This document shows positions 16,538 through 29,465 of a stretch of 64,000 nt of DNA, piece by piece. Origin of the DNA: Dimorphilus gyrociliatus (taxonomy: Eukaryota > Animalia > Annelida); NCBI GenBank assembly GCA_904063045.1, contig CAJFCJ010000011.1, positions 434,001 through 498,000 on the forward strand, in the 5' to 3' direction. The notes under the pieces are model-generated. The model was given only the letters and a program-made list of their open reading frames with translations, had not been told where the DNA came from and searched no databases. The position numbers and the translations under genes are program-made. The first letter of the stretch is position 1. The number at the start of each line of letters is the position of its first letter.

Positions 16538-17521
16538 TTATTCTATCAGTTTTTTAGATTTGAAGAATCTCCTCAAGTATAAAACTTGCCAGGTTGCTAA
16601 TCCAAGAAGGCAAAACATGGAGAAAATAGAGAAGTACAAAACTCTTGAATGTGTGGACTCGTTTGTTCCACGCATTTCTTCTTCTCTTGCCCTCATATAA
16701 GCAAAGTCGTTGACAATGGACTCAGCAAGATCTTCTAAGCGTTTTAATTCTACTTCTAGAGGTTTTAACTTTTCTGCCCGAGCAATCTGTTGAAGAAGAT
16801 TATCAAAATTAAATTCTTTAGTAGGCAGATATTTTACGGAGGTAAGAAAAATAAATTCACATGCTCTTAAAGCTATTCTATAAGTATTATTCCATTTATA
16901 TTTGTTGGTTTATTTCATTGATTTCTTAAATGGAAATTCACACGTTCACCCTAAGACTTTTAGTAAACGATATAATAGACTTACATCTCCATAATTCTTA
17001 GCTTCTACTCCGTGTTTCATACTCAGGTATACCTCTCTGTCTTGACCATGGCCACCTTGTTAAAAAATTTAAATTCAGATCTATAAGAGAAAATTAAAAG
17101 AGGCCATATGTCATACCTCCGATCATTTTAGTTTCAAAACAAACTTCAAATAGATCATAATCATCAGTTGTAAAAGCAAACTTTCCTTTTTCTGCTTCTT
17201 CTTTAGAGTACAATGTATGTCCCTTGGAATCTGTTACCTATTAAAAAGAAAGATATTATAATTTTTTAATAAATCATTGATCACTTTCAAAAGCATGTAT
17301 TTAGCAAATTATTTACAATTTTTTATACATCTATGACTTACATGAAGATTTGTTTTTTGTCCAGGTGCATGAGAAAGTTCGTATTCACCAATTACTGTAA
17401 CATTTTTATGAATTTCTTCTCTTAGGCATTTTTTCACATTCGGCGAAAGATGGAATTGAATAGCAGTTATTTGCGTAAGTACTAGTGATAATAGCACAAA
17501 TAACTTTCGTAATAAATCCAT
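16538..17521 (-). CDS. TMED10: p24 family cargo receptor TMED10 (p24 delta), multi-exon
   Basis: Signal peptide followed by [26 protein letters not shown], a GOLD domain, and the C-terminal [12 protein letters not shown] motif. Stop at 16538-16540. Confidence 0.95.
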
Positions 17522-20500
17522 TTTATATCTACAAAATTAGTTTCCCTAAATCAATCAACAAAAACGAGTAACTAAGACGAAAATATGACTTTTTTCTTAT
17601 GATTTCTTGGGTTAACGTGGCATCAACGACTTTCGACTGGTTGTCACTTCCGACGGAAGTTGAAGAATTGCAGGATCGCATATATTTAAAATTATTTAAA
17701 CTAGAAATTCGATTGTTTCTTTGATGAAGATACTTTAGAGATTAATCTGATTTACGTTTTACCTCTTTCTAAATCTTAAAAATTGCATTCTTTGTGAATC
17801 CACTTTTAACGTTGAACGGAAATACGTCAAAAGTTGATTATCCGTTCAAGAACTATTACTTTTTCATATAGCTGATATTAATTCTCCGACATGATCTCGT
17901 ACTAATAAAATTGTCATAAAAAACATAAAACTCGACAATTCGCAATTGTTTAACAAATTATAATCTAGATTTCTTATCACACCATTCACCTATTTATATA
18001 CTACCAGTAGCATAAATGTCGTCAATAGTAAAAGCAAGATAATTATGACATAAGAGAAACCCATTAAGAAGGAAATAAACTTTGAATACAAATTTTTAGG
18101 TTATTTCCTACTTTATAAAGGCATGAAAGATTTGTGATTAATTACAACAACTCAACAACTTTTCTTCAAATCTAGAAAGCACTTCTGAAACATTCAGCTC
18201 TATGAAATTTAAATAGTCTTGTATTAAAATAGAAGATAGGCTGAAAGTATATAATTTGAAAAGTATTAAGAAGTCCCCTTAAGGATATTAATTTGAAGTC
18301 TATAAGTTTTAAGACTTATATATATACAGTATATTCTTATAGCAATATCATTTTGAAATCATACATACATAGATTATCTCTGCTTATTGCGACCCATAAA
18401 TAAGACTGTCTTTCTTCCCGTAAAAATTATTAAATATGTTTTAACAGTTTTTATTTCTATTATAAAAGTAAACTAGAATATAAGAGGAAATTGCCTTATT
18501 TCTTGGTATGTATAAAAGGCATAGAAACAGCCCTTTTCCTTAAGAAGAGTTATTTACATTGTTATCTGATATATGATGAATGTTTTATATAAAAGTTCGG
18601 CAGTTCAAAGAGCTCTAATCAATATTTATTTCTCTTTACCTTTTAGCAACTAATCTATTAATATGATATATGCCGTATTACAAAAATAATTTACTTATTG
18701 TCGATCTTTGAAAAAACTCTTTAAACTTATCAATACACAAATATGACTGATCAATGCCTTTTATTTTTCTTAGCGTATTTGATATTTGATATCTAAATTG
18801 GCCTTGAATGCTAATATTTTAAGATAATATCAACGGGAAAATACTAAAATCTCCTACAGTTTCAGAGTTTTGGAGATTCACGTCACCTCAGATAGGATTA
18901 AGGATTATAATTCTATACGTAAAAATATAAGATATCTTAACTACTAGTGTAAATATATGTTAGAAAGTTACATATAACAAATAAAAGAAATAATAATACA
19001 AAAAAAAACATATTATATACATATTTATATTTATGATTTACAAGTGTATTTCTCTTTTATTCCAACAAGTTATATTCTAATTGTTTTGCATACACACTCG
19101 TTTAAAGTCAAATATAGATTTTTTATACAAAACTTTCTAACATTCTTGTTTAATAGTGACGTAGATTATTGGATTAGTTGTTGAGCTAGGTTTTAGACAA
19201 TGAGGATTTATTTTAAAGTATATACAGTATATATGGTACATTGTATATTTTTATTAAACTTGTTAGTAAAATAGATCTTATAATATCTAATTTGTCCAAA
19301 TATCACATAAAATTTTTCGTAAGCTTTAATATACTACTACTTCTAATAATAGATAAGATATAGATAAGATAAGCAACCCAAATAGTAAAAAATGGCTTTA
19401 CATGATTATTTGCAAATTTTTCCTTTGATTACGTGATTTTTATAAGAATCAATTTATCATTAATGTTATTTATGAGTATTATTCTATTGAGAATACATAA
19501 TATATAGACAAGTATTTACAGCAATTGAGTCGTAATAACGTCGTGAGTCAAAAACAATTTGCATATTATTTTCTAACTTATCTTTTTGATTCCACGCCTG
19601 AGAAAATTATTATTATTATTTAAAATATTTAACTAACCTTGATAAAATAAAACTTTTATGAACTATTGCGTAATCTCTCAAAATTTACAAATACTTTGAC
19701 CTTCGTTAAAGTCTAATTAAAGATTCTTAGTATCTGGTATATAAGAACGCCCACAATTTATCCTCATATAGCTAGGCAAGAGTTTTTAATAAAAAAGATA
19801 ATAAATAAATTAATTAAAATATTGTCATAGGTAATAAAACAGCATATTTAATTTCACCAATCAATTAGAAGAGAAACATCACTCCTTAAATTTCTAATTG
19901 TTGTTTTTTAATAATATGTTAAAAGATATTAAAGCAAATTTTATGGAAAAAAGAGGAATGCATGATTTCATAATAACAAACTCTTCTTTTCTTTTTATCA
20001 TACATAAAACAAACTTTGTAGACTTTATTAAATAAAGAAAATCTATTGTTTCATCACAATTGAGCATTTTACTCTTGATGTTTATTTGGATATTGGTGTA
20101 CTGTGTGTATTATTCCAGTATATTTCTGGTAAACTACTATGTTAGATAACGATATAAATGTATTATTCATGCGTACAATTGGAAACCAATTCAAGGTCAA
20201 CGGGAAAGAACATGCTTCAATTTATCTGGCTAATCATTTTTTCAATAAATAAAAAAGATATCCAAATAAACAAAGGAAAACACCTGGTAAATATAAATAT
20301 CTAAGCCTCTTCTTTTACCTTCTTAGCGAAGCTCAATTCCCATCTCTTGGGAATATTTCAAGAAATTTTAGATAATGTTGAAATCTTTATTAGGCAACTG
20401 TTGATAAATATCCAAGAATTCTGGCATAGATTCCTGCCATAAATTCATAAAAATCATACAAGGAGCAAATTACTTAATCTCATTTTATTTAATTTCTGAA

Positions 20501-20964
20501 GTTAAGGATATATTATAAAGACTAATTCTCTCCTTGCAATGTTCTTATTTAGCTATAATATCAAATAAACCAATACATTAAACAATAAAATACTAATGTG
20601 TATATACGATAACTTTGCTACTTGTATTGTCAATTTCTGAAGCATCCATTAAGCGTGAAAAAAATACATCTTGTAAAAAGAAATTTCGATCAAATTCAAC
20701 CTAAATTAGTTCCTAATTATTCTTGAAGTTGTTTTTTTGTCCTTCAAACTTTTATAAACTAGTTTACTTGATCTTGGATAGGACAGATCAAGTAGGTTAT
20801 TAATGATTTAAAATTGACGTCTAATAATATAGGACAAAGGGTTATAATAGTATGAAAACTCATATGGCTATTGCACTAAAAAAACTGATAAATATAAAAT
20901 ATATACTTAAAAGAAATATTTAGAAATCAATAGTCCTTTCCGGAAAATGTTCAGATCTAGGAAC

Positions 20965-21372
20965 GATTGGTGTTTTATCATTTTTACTGCAATTTTACCT
21001 TCAAAATTCAATTAGAAAAAATGAGTGCTTTTTAATTGAAAATATGTTTCAATTTTGCTATTTATTGATTTGTTTACCGAATATTCACAAACGCTTAGAT
21101 GCTTAAAGCAGCTTTTTAAAGGCCCTGGAGTGAATACTTTGCGAAAATTATACCTCACGAAAAAAGGTGTTCTTCCTTATAGTAAAAATAGCGCCTTCTA
21201 TTTGATTAACTAGCCATATATTAATACCGTCATGAATAAAATCACTTAGAGAGCTTCATAGATATATATTTCTTGAAAGATTCAGAGATTTCTTAGCTAT
21301 ATTTATTGCAAAATGAAAGACCTACTATTCATAAGTTAAGGACTAAGTTTAAGGAATGGTTTACTTCGATAA
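20965..21372 (+). mobile_element. Possible highly degenerate Polinton/Maverick-type family B DNA polymerase fragment
   Basis: Broken frames give, in order, LVFYH / VLFN*KYVSILLFIDLFTEYSQTLRCL..LYLTKKGVLPYSKNSAFY / IKSLRELH..ERFRDF / IS*GLS. This resembles the motif order of Polinton pPolB (VFFHN, EKYISF, LRFIDS, LTRKGVFPY, ESFYS, TLGEY..FENFRD, PGLSW). Stops and frameshifts are present; judged by eye only. Confidence 0.35.
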
Positions 21373-21887
21373 GAAAAACTTAATGGAAAGCTTGCGCATC
21401 TAATATTCCTTGGTTTTTATTTTTTCCATGAAGATACCATTTATCCTGTTGTTGCTCTAACATATTACTATATATAAAAGAAATGATAATAATTAGGTAC
21501 GTTCTTAGAATCTCTGTCTGTGAAAACTGAGAGTTTATTATGTGAAAATGAGGAAATTTTACAAAGGCAAGTATTCATCTAATTATCGAGAAGAAAATCA
21601 TACTTCATTTAATCAGCTTATTAATAATGGTGGTAATAACCTTTGTAAATGCGTTCTTGTGTTAAAGTTATTGTTATACCTGATATAACTTTTATATTTC
21701 ACGAGTTTAATTACAAATGCAGTTAGAAAATAATAAGATCAAGTATAAGTCATTTCTTTAAACTTCAATTCTCTATTTAGAAATATTAATTAAACTTCTT
21801 TAGCATACTAAACTGACATAATGGCATATGGTGTATAAATAGAGTAACCATAGAAAATTCCATGCACTTACATAGAAACTGCAAGTA

Positions 21888-22964
21888 ATGATGAATTCAA
21901 CTATGACGGAAACTTTTCCGTCATATACAGAGATATTAGCAACTTTTTATGGTATTGTAGTTTTATTCGTTTTAGGAAGTTTTGGAAATTTTTTGACAAT
22001 AACAATACTTATTCAAAGTGGAAAATTTGTAAAATCAACAAATATCTTTGTTTTCAACTTAGCAGTTGCAGATCTTGTCGTTTGTTTTACAACTGTTTTT
22101 GATACTGTTTCTTACTATGCTCATGATATAAGTCATTCCGTATGCAAATACGTTATGCCCTTTTATTTTGTCGCTGCTCTTACTTCTCAACTGAATTTGG
22201 CTGTAATTGCTCTAAATAGATATGTGTTTATACTGAAGGCAAGAGACACTTATGAAAAATATTTCTCAGATAAATTATCAATCATTATATGCTTTTGCTT
22301 GTGGATTTTCAATATTCTCTATACTTCTTGGGCCTTCGTATTCACTGAATTTTATTTCGTCAGAGAAAGTTATGCATGTCAACTTAAACATCATGAAAAT
22401 ACTAAACATTTTATGGCTATAACTGGGTCGTTATATTTGCTGTTAGATGTTGTTGTAATTGCTGTTATATACTTTTTAATATTTAGAGGAATAGTAAAAT
22501 CTAAAAAGAGGACACAAGTAGATCCTTCAACTGCATCATCTAATATAAACTCAACGAATGGTATGTTTCAGGTTTAGATTTTGTAAATTACTTTTATTAA
22601 TGTAAATTTCTAAGCTGTTCACAGTACATCAAGTCCTGCGAAAATTAAAAGTAAGCCAAAAAGAAAATCTGGTAATCTTAAGCAGATGTTTGCGATATGG
22701 TTCGTTTATGTTATTCTTAGCACCCCCATAGCGATTGAATTCGGAATAAGATCTCAACTTAACGTTCCCTTGCTATATGACAGGTAAACTGTTTGGAAAA
22801 TAAGTAAAAATGCGTGTAATTGTTTGAAAATCAACAGGTTCAGCAATAGCATGCTAAGAACGAATTCAGCTGTTAATGTACTAATCTATGCTTGGACAAA
22901 CACGTTATATAGAAACTTATATAAAGATTTACTTAAGAAGGCTTTCAGCAATCCTTGTGCCTAA
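21888..22964 (+). CDS. Orphan class A (rhodopsin-like) GPCR, 3 exons
   Basis: GN in TM1, NLAVAD in TM2, NRY in place of DRY, and TM7 NSAVNVLIY. Intron 22561-22614 (phase 1, in ICL3) and a phase-2 intron before TM7. Stop at 22962-22964. Confidence 0.9.
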
Positions 22965-23382
22965 GACAATGATAGTTCAATATTAAATTTATTGTAGAAT
23001 ACAAGTACCCTGGTTCAATTACCTTTCCTTTATATTGTTTGTACATAAATATAATATACTTAAGTATTTCTAATTCGATAGAGAAGTTGAAGAAACAAGA
23101 ATAGTGATGATGTTTATTTTTCTAATAATTTAACATAAACAGCATTTTTTAATTTTGAACACAATTCTTTAGCACTATCCCATAACATTTACACTTTTCA
23201 ATCTACTAATTCGATTAGCACTTTAACAAATACTGAAATAGATAAGATTTTGTGAACATAACCAAAAAATAGCTCAAACAATAAATTTTTCAATCTTTAA
23301 ATATCAAACTTCTGAAGTTGCGTCTTAATTTCATAATTTTCAGTGAACAAGGCTACTTTCTTATTCAAAAAGAGGCCTAACT

Positions 23383-26330
23383 TCAATTTGTTGAATTATT
23401 TTTAAGGTCGCTGAAAAGTCCTCCGCTACTTTCGTACATATCAAATCTATTAATGGATAGAAATATTCGCATAAATAGAAAAATAATAAAATAACACATA
23501 CAAGTTGAGTAAACCATCCACCAATTCGTCACTATTTTGGCAATTAAATTTTTCAAGCGTTCTTAACCATCTGGAACTACTCGATCCGTATATTTTTAAA
23601 TTTTCGGTAGTTGATATTGATTCATTCTATGAAGAAAGTTATATTTTATAAATAAGAACATGTAATTAAATCGAATCGTTACTTTCTGTGTTTGAGCATC
23701 TATTGATCGAACATTTTGGGGTGGATCAATTAACTGCAAAATTTATTATGCAAATAAACAATTTATGGTATTACAAATATAAATAATCTATACCGTTCTC
23801 ATTATTCTTTGAAAGTGAGATGTTAGTATTTCAACGCTTGGCAAGCGAAACAAACTGCATAAAGCCTTATATCCAGACGGACTTTTAAAATAGAAATCTA
23901 ATAATATCTATTAAAAGATACAGTTATTGTATTACTGTAATAATATTATATATTTTTAAATATATACTTTTATTGTATCTTCATCCCAATATATATTTTT
24001 GCCTTCTTTGGCATTATAGTTTGCTTCATATTGAGACTGGAAAAATTTCTTCTGAGCAGAGGTAAGATTATGAGATGAATATATTTTATCAAAGCTTTCG
24101 CTCTTTTTATTATCGATTTCTTCTTTTAGTGCATCTATGACAAATTAATAATTTAATCAGTTAACTTTCGTATTATCTTCCATATGAAATACTTACAATA
24201 CTTTTGTTTAAAGTTTAATGAGCTAATTTTATGTTTAGATATCATATTGGAGAATGTACAAGATTGTTTCCTATGGTTTTCAATAAGAGTTTTACACATT
24301 TCCCTTAATTCTTGCTGTTGCCGAAAGGAATTACTCTTAAAAGTTTCTTTTCGAATAAATGAAATAAACTTACAGCCGATAAATCATCTATCTGTTTTAC
24401 TTTATCCATGTCACTTGAGTTTGCACTGGCACTGTTTAAAGATGAGGTTGTCGTTGTGGAATTCAATTGATCTGTGTTACGAACTGATCCACTGATACTA
24501 CCACTAGATATTATTCTCCTTAACATTTTTTCCTGCTCCGGTGTTGCCTTGACATTTACAGTTACAGGTGTTCCAGTCTTATCCGCTGATGTTTTCATAA
24601 TATTTAACAAGGATTTGATATCATCCTCTTTACTTAAATCAAGTACTTTAGAGTTATCATTTTTGGAGGATGGCTTAATTTGCTGCATCTGAATCGGATT
24701 AACAACAGCTCCATTAGATGGAGCAATCGTGGCATTCTGTTGTGGGCGGTTTTCTAAGACTATTGCTGAAGTAACTCGAGCCATATTACCTCGACTAACG
24801 ACTATTTTAGGTTTATTGATAATATTTTCATTTAGATGGCTCTGAGATATTTTGGAACTTTTTATAGCAATTGGTCTCTGGCCCACAGAGATATTTTGCA
24901 CGTCGCCATCACTCACAGGAATAAGTATTTGTTCTACTTTTCCACTATCATCCCTTCCCACAAAGAAGGTATGACCCGGTTGAACGCTTTCTGGTACTGG
25001 TAACTTAAGGATTGTGTTACTTCCAGGCAAAATACACTCCACTATTTTTTGTTTCTCTTTCTCTCTGATACTGGAAGTTTGAGCTATATTGGGAGCAATA
25101 GAGGTATTTGATAATGCCTTTAGATTCGAAGATTCGTTAGGAGTTTCGTTTGAGACATCAAGTTTTATTCTTTTTGTAGGCAAGTAACTGTTCTCATCCT
25201 TATCAAAAACAAATTATTAATAGTTTATACGAATTTAAAATCAAATTTTACACCAACTTCATTATTTTCTTCTATAATACTTTCACTTTGGATTTGTAAA
25301 ACATTTGATGTTTTTGGTACAGCCGTTTTTTTTAAGGCACTTGTCTGAAAATGACTAGGATTTTGAAAATCGTCGCGTCCAAAGTGATCGCTGCATACTT
25401 GTAATTTTCTCAAAGAAACCGTTAATTTGGAGTATCCCAATGCTTGTGCCCACTGCTCAAACCTATTGCAAATATAAAGATAAACTCAAGGAAAACAGTC
25501 GTTTTCACAAACCTTTTTTGTTCAAATGGAAAACTAAACCAGCGCAAAACATTTCCAAAGTTATCTGATACGTTTTGAGTACGTCGGTTCTTACAACTCT
25601 TTACTGCACATTTTGCCCCTGTTCTTTTTGTTTTCTCTTGAGTAGGAACAACTGCTTCTCGACTATTCAAAACAGTTTCCACTGTGATTTCTGCCTCTGG
25701 TGTACAATCCCCAGTTTCTTGATGAATATGGTTTTCGTTCACATTTTTAAACTTAACAACAACCTGATTTTTAAAGAGAATATAACATTAATGCTACAAT
25801 ATGTTTCATTTACTAACTTTATCATCTTTTTCAATATTTCCTTCAACTGAAATTGGCTCTTTTCTCTTTAAAAAAAAAATTGTTAACAAAATATAGTCTA
25901 TTTTTTATCTTATAATAACGTACTATATTAACTTTCAAGTCAGGAATTGCACCATCTTTGAGAGTTTGATTTTCGGTATCTTCGTAACAAGTATTTCCAA
26001 AGTGTCTACTACACAAATAGCTTTCTTGATTAGGCTTAAAGCCTATAGGGCATATCTTAAGCCACTCTGTCAATTGCTCTATTGTATTGGCATCTTGACC
26101 TTGAGGAAAACTAGATAAAGATTGTTAATGCATAAAATTTACAAAAATTTTACTCCAGCTCACCAGAAAAATTGAATTCTCTCGTCACCTCCCTCGTTTT
26201 CTATGGCTTGGCATGCTACACACTCTTTAACAATCTATTCACGAAAAAATATTAATAGTAAGCTTAATAAAGCTATGTAAACGAAAATTATGAGTACTTG
26301 AGAAATATCCTTATTTTGCCCGACATCCAT
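23383..26330 (-). CDS. Double THAP-domain protein with a C-terminal P-element/THAP9 transposase N-terminal remnant, intron-rich
   Basis: THAP1: CVAC..CFP..EWLK..LCSRHF..LKDGAIP. THAP2: CAVKSC..FSFP..W..VCSDHF..LKKTAVP. A later exon pair gives WDEDTIKILLDFYFKSPSGYKALCSLFRLPSVEIL, similar to the P-transposase YxxSPxxYxxLxxxFxLPS motif. About 11 exons with GT-AG boundaries; the terminal exon and stop are less certain. Confidence 0.75.
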
Positions 26331-27930
26331 TCGTTCTTCATTAACAAAATTTCTTCAATTATAACTTAACCATTTCAACTTTACGATGATGCCACATGCT
26401 TGATATATTAAGTAAACAGAAATATACTGCAAAATGAAATGAAAAAAGTAGTATAGTTAAAATTATTTAACAATTTTATTTCGAAAAATTGTTTCGTCTG
26501 AGCGATAATGAATGAAAATTAACTGCAAGTCGATGCAATATTTATTTTGAGCTGGTTTTATTTAGTTTTATTCTTATAAATGAATGATAACTTAATTCTT
26601 TTACTTTACAATTGAGGTTAAATTTACTTATGGTACCTCTAAAGTCGATCTTTTAAAAATATTTTTCCTGCTAAATACTCAAAATCACAACTAAATCAAA
26701 AATGGCTGCCAGATTTTGGTGGCCCATAATCAACTTAAAATTGTTGAATGAATTGTTATAAGATTTCCTACAACATTTGAAACTTTATTAACTTTTGTAG
26801 TTTAGTGCTTATTATATCCGTAATTTGTATATTGAATGCGAGAACAGTTAATTTCGAATTAAAGTATTCCAAAAAGTCAATGTTTAACAATGGCTTTAAT
26901 AGAGATAGATAGTCGTTATTGTAAAATGAAAAATAAATGTGTATACAAAAGTTTCCAATTATTTTTCACAGGCACTTAAGATAAGCGAAATAGAGAAAAT
27001 AACCTGCACTTCACTTCGAAAATATAACTACAATAGGCCTACAAAAAAATGTTTTTTCTTAAGTTTTCTCAAAAATCTCCTTAAATCAAGATAGAAAAAG
27101 ATCCTCAGAGGAGAAAAGATTAAACTATACATCTGGTTGACCACCATCGGTTAGTTAGATGTGAGGGTTACAAACTCTTTTTGATAGCTTCACTCATAAG
27201 AATTTTTATTCTCTTACGACAACAAAGAACACGTGGTAATGCAGCCTGTAAAAAGATTTTTTTCTTTACTTTACAACAACTAATTTACTAGTACACAACT
27301 GCCAAGATGAAACAGTTTTAGGACTAATTTTCGGGAAAAATTCTTTCATTTACAATCTTTCACCCACAAGAAAAAAGAATGTTTTAGCAGTCTTCAAATT
27401 AATCAAGTTGTTAATAATAAGTAGAATTCCAGTAAATTTTTCCAAATCTATAGTCTTATGAGTGGTAGAATTTATAGAAAAGTGTAGCATGTATTAAATT
27501 ACAGGCGTTTAGACATAATAAACTTGTAATAAACGATTCTTTCGAATCTTATATTCCATAACCAGAGATTAATTAAGGGTAAAAAGGGTATTAGGCCATG
27601 TAAATTGTTCGCACAACGCTAACATTTAACAGCTGGCCGTAAAAAAATCGTAATTGCGAAGGCCAATCTAGAAAAGTATAATATATAGCTAAAATATTTT
27701 TGCACTTGGTACTCTTGGTACTGTTGCTAGGTTCTAGGCCTAAGAATTCTGGGGGTTCATCTCGCATGTGGGTGGTAATATATATAATAAGGATCAAGAT
27801 ATTGTAAAAAAAGAGGTTGAAGTATATAGAAATATGATTCATTATCAAGAATACAGTAATTTTTTTATAGATATTCCAAGTAAAAACATGCTACTAAACG
27901 ATTTAATAAAAAAAATCTGTGGGAAATTTC

Positions 27931-29348
27931 CCTAGGTTATAGATAGCTGGCTCCGCCGGTTTGTACGTATCTAACAGTCTAGACGGCAGTTCTTTTGCAG
28001 TTTACCCATCTTCAAGAGGTAATGTTAGACGTTCGATTCGTCGACGGCCTCTTCAACCTCTTTTTAGCCTGCCCAATAATTATCCTTTTCACATGGTCAT
28101 TAATCTCCTTCCTCGACAGCCTACCAACATTCCTATTCCCCTTCCTTACAACCTTCTCCCTAACAATTGAATTCGCCATCCTCTACTACCAAGAACTCCT
28201 AGTTGACCTAGCTGATCATATAGGGTTGGAGTACAATTATTTTGCTCTTTGCGTTTACAATTATATTATACTTTCTTCTAACGTCATTCGTTATAATGGA
28301 TTGGAAAATTTAATCGGTTGGCTGGGATTATCAAATGGCAAGTGCTTAGTTACCTGCGTAGTTATCCTCTGCGGAATAAGAGGGATGAAGAACATAGTTG
28401 GATCACCGTTTCGACTAGAATGCGACATAGATATGAATTTAAAGGATTATATTCGCTGTGAGGATACTTTATTCCAAATCCAGGTAAAAACAAAAGAAAG
28501 AACTTTCATGAATACAGTTTTTTTTAGCTATTATCGTCTCTGTTTCTATGATATATTTTCTCTATCTCAAGTCCTATGTATTAATTTATGTCTTCCCTTT
28601 CCTCTTTTTCGTTTGTGATCTTTAAAACATCATAAATTTATTTTAGCATTCTTATCTATGCTACATATACAAATAGCCTAAAGAAAAAAGTTCGGAGAAC
28701 GCCATAGACATCATAGCCACTATACTCTTCGTCTACATCCCTGTCGATCTCTGCTGGATATCGATATGGAACTTGATGGATAACTTCTGCTTGAATCTAA
28801 CAGCTTACCTCCACCCGACAATCGTTTGGTTCGTTTGCTATGTAATCTCATCTAGCATTTGCCTATCAATGCTAACCTTTCAAGACTTGGTATTGGAGTT
28901 TTTAAGAAACATCAACTTCCGGCATGCTTTCATCAAGATAATCGTTCAAGATATTTACTTGCTGGTTGTTTGCTCCATAACAGTTTTATATTGGAGAAGT
29001 GTTTTTAGCGTTTACACCTTCCTAGCTAAACATTTCCCTATTTTACATAAGGGAAAATTTGACACAAGCGTTGTGCATAGCCATATTACATCTTACTTAA
29101 TGCTGTGCTTATTATATATTACAAGTTCAATGATTACTCGAGGATGTTCTATTACACGGATAGATGATGAGGCCTATGACAGTCAATTCCAATCCATTTT
29201 CTTCCGTTTTAAATACTTTGAGACTCTATTCGATGGTAATGGCAGAGACAAGATGATCTTTCAAGAAAGTGTTGAAAAAGAATGCTCAATCCCCAAAGGA
29301 ACGAACGGCCTGAGTTTGATTATGAATGATAAAACACAAGATTCATAA
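27931..29348 (+). CDS. Fuseless-like multi-pass membrane protein (start codon not identified)
   Basis: Internally duplicated hydrophobic halves with RGMKNIVGSPFRLECD, ISIWNLMD and ITVLYWRSVF, resembling the Fuseless family. ORFs 27995..28618 and 28773..29348 join through a phase-0 intron (QIQ|PKEKS). Confidence 0.6.
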
Positions 29349-29465
29349 CAATTGTTTTTTTGTTCTCAATTTCCTTATCTATACTTATTATAAAAGATTG
29401 CTATTATATTTAAAGGAAGAAGAAACTAGTTTCTTATTTATTAAGATCACATCTAAACAATGTTA

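Noticed and set aside
19525-19600. Imperfect inverted repeat (cgtgagtcaaaaa .. tttttgattccacg), possible MITE or pre-miRNA
   Set aside because: Short, mismatched, AT-rich arms, no target-site duplication and no second copy seen.
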